From: Octopus sinensis
Taxonomy: Eukaryota
Direction of reading: 5' to 3'
DNA: 55,423 nucleotides
NCBI RefSeq assembly: GCF_006345805.1
Contig: NW_021833766.1
Coordinates: forward strand, 1 to 55,423
Of the stretch, positions 51,170-55,423 are shown piece by piece. Position 1 is the stretch's first letter. Every line of letters starts with the position of its first letter. A program made the translations under genes and the position numbers. The notes under the pieces are model-generated. The model was not told where the DNA came from. It ran no database searches and saw only the letters and a list, made by a program, of their open reading frames with translations.

Positions 51170-51545
51170 TATTTCGTTTTGGGATTTGGTTTGCAAGATT
51201 CTTTATGTAAGTTCGTGTGTTGAAGTATATTGTGTTGCATTTGGGGAGAGTCATTCTCTTTTAGTGCCTTATATTTTAACACACTCACCGGTAAAATTTC
51301 CACTCATTTTCTTATTTATTTTTCTGAAAGGAAATTTTAAAGATGACAAGATGCAACGAAAATTTTAGAAAAATAAAGAAGGAAATGAGTAGAAATTTTA
51401 CCGGTGAGCGTGTTAAATTAAAAGGCGCTAAAAGTGAATGACTCTCCCAGACACAACAGCATATATATTGAAGAAGTCTCAATGACTGAAACCGGTACTG
51501 AAATGTTTTTTTATAAAATTATTTTAGCATTTTCTTCCATGACTT
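51170..51545. mobile_element. Inverted-repeat element, probably Penelope-like terminal sequence, with an adjacent hammerhead-like motif
   Basis: Arms 51231-51329 and 51363-51461 are reverse complements. TTGAAGA-AGTC(TCAAT)GACT-GAAA-CCGG-TA follows at 51468-51497. Confidence 0.6.
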
Positions 51546-51585
51546 GTTTTTCCATGTATATCGACTCGTGTGTTCCTTTTCCACC

Positions 51586-51632
<47 letters not shown>

Positions 51633-51858
51633 CAGAGTCAGAGAGAGAGAGAGAGAGAAGTGTAGTAGAAAGACAGGGAAGAGAGAAAGAGAGAGACAGA
51701 CAAACCGACAGACAACAGACAGACAGACAAACAAACAGACAGATTATGCTGCTATGGGGTATAGGAGAAATAAAAGGATTACCTCATGCAGAGCACTAAA
51801 TCATCGTACAGAAAAGGGTTCACATATTTAGTCAGGATTGATTACTGATATACATACA

Positions 51859-51906
<48 letters not shown>

Positions 51907-52266
51907 GAGATACAATGAAAGTCAGAGAGAAGGTGAAAGACAGACAGTCAGACTGAGGCACAGAATCACAATTGCTGCCAAGATACCCACAGACAAACGC
52001 ACAGAGACACACATTCGCATATATACCTTCACCCAGTCACGTACATCCTTTCTTACATTCATACATCTGTCTGTCTGTCGCGTCTTTCCATGCCAACATT
52101 CTTATAAATTACGTCACAAGCACTTGCACTGCCGTCATGGAATCTCTTTTACTCTTCTTAGAGCTTGTGGGTGGGTAGAGTCGTATGGTTATGCATGATG
52201 AATGTATGAGGCTCACTGCATGCACCTGCGTGTGTGTCTGTGTGTGTGAGACATATATATATATAT

Positions 52267-52625
52267 TGTTTTATTCTTTTGCTTGTATCAATCAATTGAT
52301 TGCGGCAAAGCTGGAGCATCGCTTTTTAGTCGGAGAATTCGTCAACGTGATTTATTCTTTGTAAGCCCGATACTTAATCTATCGGTCTCGTTTGCCGAAT
52401 CTTTAAGTTACGGGGTTATAAATACACTAACATAGGTTGTCAAGTGATCAGTGGGGGGGGGGACGACAAGCACAAACACAAAGACACAGATATAAATACA
52501 CACACATATTTACAACGAGCCTCTTTTCAGTTTTCGTCTACCAAATCCATTCACAATGCTTTGGTCGCCTCGAGGCTAGAGAAGACCCTTGCTCAATGTG
52601 ACACGCAATGGGACTGTAACCGGAA
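52267..52625 (-). mobile_element. SINE family A, decayed
   Basis: Collinear with the 53040 copy, with many substitutions. Confidence 0.8.
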
Positions 52626-52667
52626 GCATCTTTTTTAGACTTATAATGTCAATAGCGCAGGTATATA

Positions 52668-52883
52668 TCAACAACAGGCGAAGAATCGCCAACAGCGGTG
52701 GTTTATTTTTTTATTATTTATTTAATTTGGTAAGCTTCAGGTTGGATGGTGATCTAGTTAGACAGTGATGTTCTCTTGCCATGTGTTACCAATGGAATGT
52801 TGGTATTGATGAAGCCGAAATATGCAGAGATCCAAATCTAGCCATGACACCACCGCTGTTGAGTGATCTTCGCATAGTGTTGA
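52668..52883. mobile_element. Candidate MITE with ~34-bp imperfect TIRs
   Basis: tcaac..gcgaagaatcgccaacagcggtgg / ccaccgctgttgagtgatcttcgc...gttga. Confidence 0.55.
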
Positions 52884-53039
52884 TTAATTTCTGTTTTTAA
52901 GAATACATGTCTATAACAGATGCTTTCTCGGGGTGAATAATGCAGCTTAGAAGGCTGCCCACAAATGTACACACACATACCACACACACACAGACACACA
53001 CACACACGCACACGCACCACACACACACACACACATATT

Positions 53040-53560
53040 ATTTTACTCTTTTACCTGTTTCAGTCATTTGACTGCGGCCATGCTGGAGCACCGCCTTTAG
53101 TCGAGCAACTCGACCCCGGGACTTATTCTTTGTAAGCCCAGTACTTATTCTATTGGTCTCTTTTTGCTGAACCGCTAAGTGACGGGGACGTAAACACACC
53201 AGCATCGGTTGTCAAGCAATGCTAGGGGGACAAACACAGACACACAGACATACACGTACACACATATATATATATACATATATATACGATGGGCTTCCCT
53301 CAGCTTCCGTCTACCAAATCCACTCACAAGGCTTTGGTGGGCCCGAGGCTATAGTAGAAGACACTTGCCCAGGGTGCCACGCAGGTGTCATACATATATA
53401 TGACGGGCTTCATTCGGTTTCCGTCCCCCAAACCCACACAACAGGCTTTAATCGGCCCGAGACTGTAGTACAAGATATCTTCCCAAGGCGCCGCGCAGAG
53501 GGACTGAGCCTAGAACCATGTGATTGTGAAACAAACTTCTTACCATATAACAACACCTGC
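53040..53560 (-). mobile_element. SINE family A, young copy abutting an older head segment
   Basis: 53040-53383 is close to the other full copies; 53395-53560 repeats the head region in diverged form. Confidence 0.88.
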
Positions 53561-53646
53561 GTCTATATATGTCCAGAGGCACTATCTTGATAGTTTTCGT
53601 GTTTTTCTGTATGTTTCTTCGTTGTCCTCCTGTGTCATATTTTATA

Positions 53647-54460
53647 TGGCCATGTGGTAAAAAAATTAACTTCTCAGCCTTGCGGTTCCGAGTTCAGTCC
53701 CACAGTTTTGTTTCTTGGGCAAATGTCTTCTGCTATAACCTCAATGCCGCTTAAAGTATTGTTAATGGATTTGGTCGATGGAATTTGAAAGAAGCCCATC
53801 ATTTGTGTGTGTGTGTATTTACGTATGTGTTTGTCTTTGCCACCGCTTGACAGCCAGAGATGGTGTGTTTACGTCCCCGTAACGGATCTTTTCGATTTGA
53901 ACGGCAGTTTTTAACATAATTTCTAGGTAACTAAAAAATTTTAAACTTCGTAAACTGGTAGAATGTGTTTATAAAACATCTTTTTCTCTTGGCTTTATTG
54001 AGAAAATTCTATAGTTTGTAAGATATTTGTTGTTGTTTTTCTTCAATTTCTGCAATTTCAACCAATCAGTGACGTCTATTGAGGTAAAAAAAAAACATTC
54101 TGTGCCGTATGAATATGTCCCTCGTTTAAGAAACAGATTGGGTTTATTTACATTTGTGAAGATTAAAAGATATTCTTCTCCCCATCCCTAACCCTAACTC
54201 TAACCCTAACCTTAATCCTAAAACAGATTGAAATGCAATAGATCGATACTAGGGTCATAATTATGGGTGACATTTTCATATGACACCGCTAGAAAAGCTG
54301 CCGGTCAAACCGAAAAGATCCCCCGTAGCTTGCGGTTCGGCAAAAGATAATTGATAAAACGAGTACCAGTCTTTAGAAAAACGAAGTACTGGTGACGTCT
54401 AAAACTGGCAACGCGGCGGCCCAGGACGCAGTCGAATGACTGAAACAAATAAAACGAAAA
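53647..54460 (+). mobile_element. SINE family A, interrupted by a MITE
   Basis: gtttacgtccccgtaac| ... |ttgcggttcggcaaaaga continues the family sequence across the insertion. Confidence 0.85.
53884..54321. mobile_element. MITE with ~28-bp TIRs and an internal telomere-like (CCCTAA)n tract
   Basis: GGATCTTTTCGATTTGAACGGCAGTTTT / AAAAGCTGCCGGTCAAACCGAAAAGATCC; 8-bp target duplication CCCGTAAC / CCCGTAGC; ccctaaccctaactctaaccctaaccttaatcctaa at about 54186-54221. Confidence 0.88.
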
Positions 54461-54606
54461 TATACATCTTCTCTGTATATCCAGGTCTGTTTGCATCCTC
54501 TCTCCCACTAACAGCTTTCATTTTCATTGTGTATGTTGGTGTCACTTCTCTCACTATTTCTAAACACCATTTATCACTTCTGACTCCATGTCTATCCCTC
54601 TCCCTG

Positions 54607-54644
<38 letters not shown>

Positions 54645-55423
54645 CCTTTCTCTCTCTGTCTATCTATATCAATGTCTTCGTGTTACTCCTACAATATCTT
54701 TGTCTATCTACTTGACTGCCTGCCTATCTATGTGTCAGTTTTACTCACGTCAATTCGCTACTTTTACGTCCGTATGGGTGTTTATTTATGCCTGTTTTTG
54801 TTGTATGAGAGTGTGTTTGTGTGTTGGAGTATGCCTTAATCTCCCCCTCTCTTTTTCTCTCTCTCTTTCTTTCTGTGTGTGTGTGTGTGTGTTGTGTGGT
54901 GTGTAGATATATCTATATGCCTGTATGAGTATTTGTGTGTCAATGTGTCTGGCAGTTTCTCTGTTGAACAGACTGCTGACTTTTCCGTTTTTTGTTTAAC
55001 AATCTAACCCCGAGACATTATTTTTTCTGCCATTCTTCCTTCCTTCTTTTCTTTCTTTTTTCCTTCTTTTCTTTCTTTTATCCTTTCTTTCTTTATCCCC
55101 CTCTCTCTCACTCACACACGTCCTTTTTCTCAATGTCTTTCTCGCCTGCCTCAAAAAATCTTTTAAATCTGCCGTAGCTATCGCAACTAAACTTAGAATC
55201 CGGCCGATGAAGCATCAGAATCATTTGAGTCAGTTTAAACGTCCTGCTTTTCCTGGGTTTTCTTCAATGCGCGGGCGTGTCTTACGTGTGTGTGTATGTC
55301 TGTGTGTATGTACACACTCACCTGTGTGTTTATGCTATATTCGGTCAAATTCATCCTCAAATCAGCAGTAACGCAGTAGACCAAGGATCTCAAAGAAGGC
55401 GATATCTTCATAAATATCCAATC

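Noticed and set aside
52805-52825. TTGATGAAGCCGAAA hammerhead-like string
   Set aside because: No room for helix II, and no helix I or III complementarity.
1705-55177. Dozens of ORFs rich in YI/CV/HT/ER/LSIY repeats
   Set aside because: Translations of TA, TG, GA, TATG and GATA microsatellites, which lack stops in some frames; no coding signal.
1-55423. Conserved bilaterian miRNAs, rRNA or snRNA genes
   Set aside because: Visual scan for several common mature miRNAs gave only seed-length matches, and no rRNA or snRNA was recognised; an Rfam/MirGeneDB search is needed to exclude them formally.

Overview
AT-rich, microsatellite-dense eukaryotic genomic DNA. The repeat landscape (tRNA-derived SINEs with an internal TA/TG microsatellite, R4/Dong, Penelope-like, mariner and hAT relics) suggests a coleoid cephalopod, probably Octopus; that assignment is my inference. 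Nearly every ORF in the supplied track is a simple-repeat artefact. Real protein similarity is confined to decayed transposons: two R4/Dong retrotransposon 3' ends in a (TAA)n array, a mariner, a maT/DD37D-like Tc1, a Charlie/Buster hAT and a Penelope-like GIY-YIG fragment. The best host-gene signal is at the left end: a minus-strand exon (272-186) that encodes a signal-peptide-like N-terminus. It has a likely non-coding first exon ending at 2058, next to two ETS motifs (2237-2276), and there are candidate divergent plus-strand exons. The most unusual structure is a set of distinct hammerhead-ribozyme-like motifs of the minimal type I kind found in Penelope-like elements. The clearest is a mirror-image pair forming a ~180-nt palindrome (5248-5431) inside a SINE. 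There are also several long fold-back structures, inverted SINE pairs, a chimeric SINE, and a SINE tail shared with a GATA-embedded retroposon end. No complete host gene, rRNA, intact tRNA or CRISPR array is visible.
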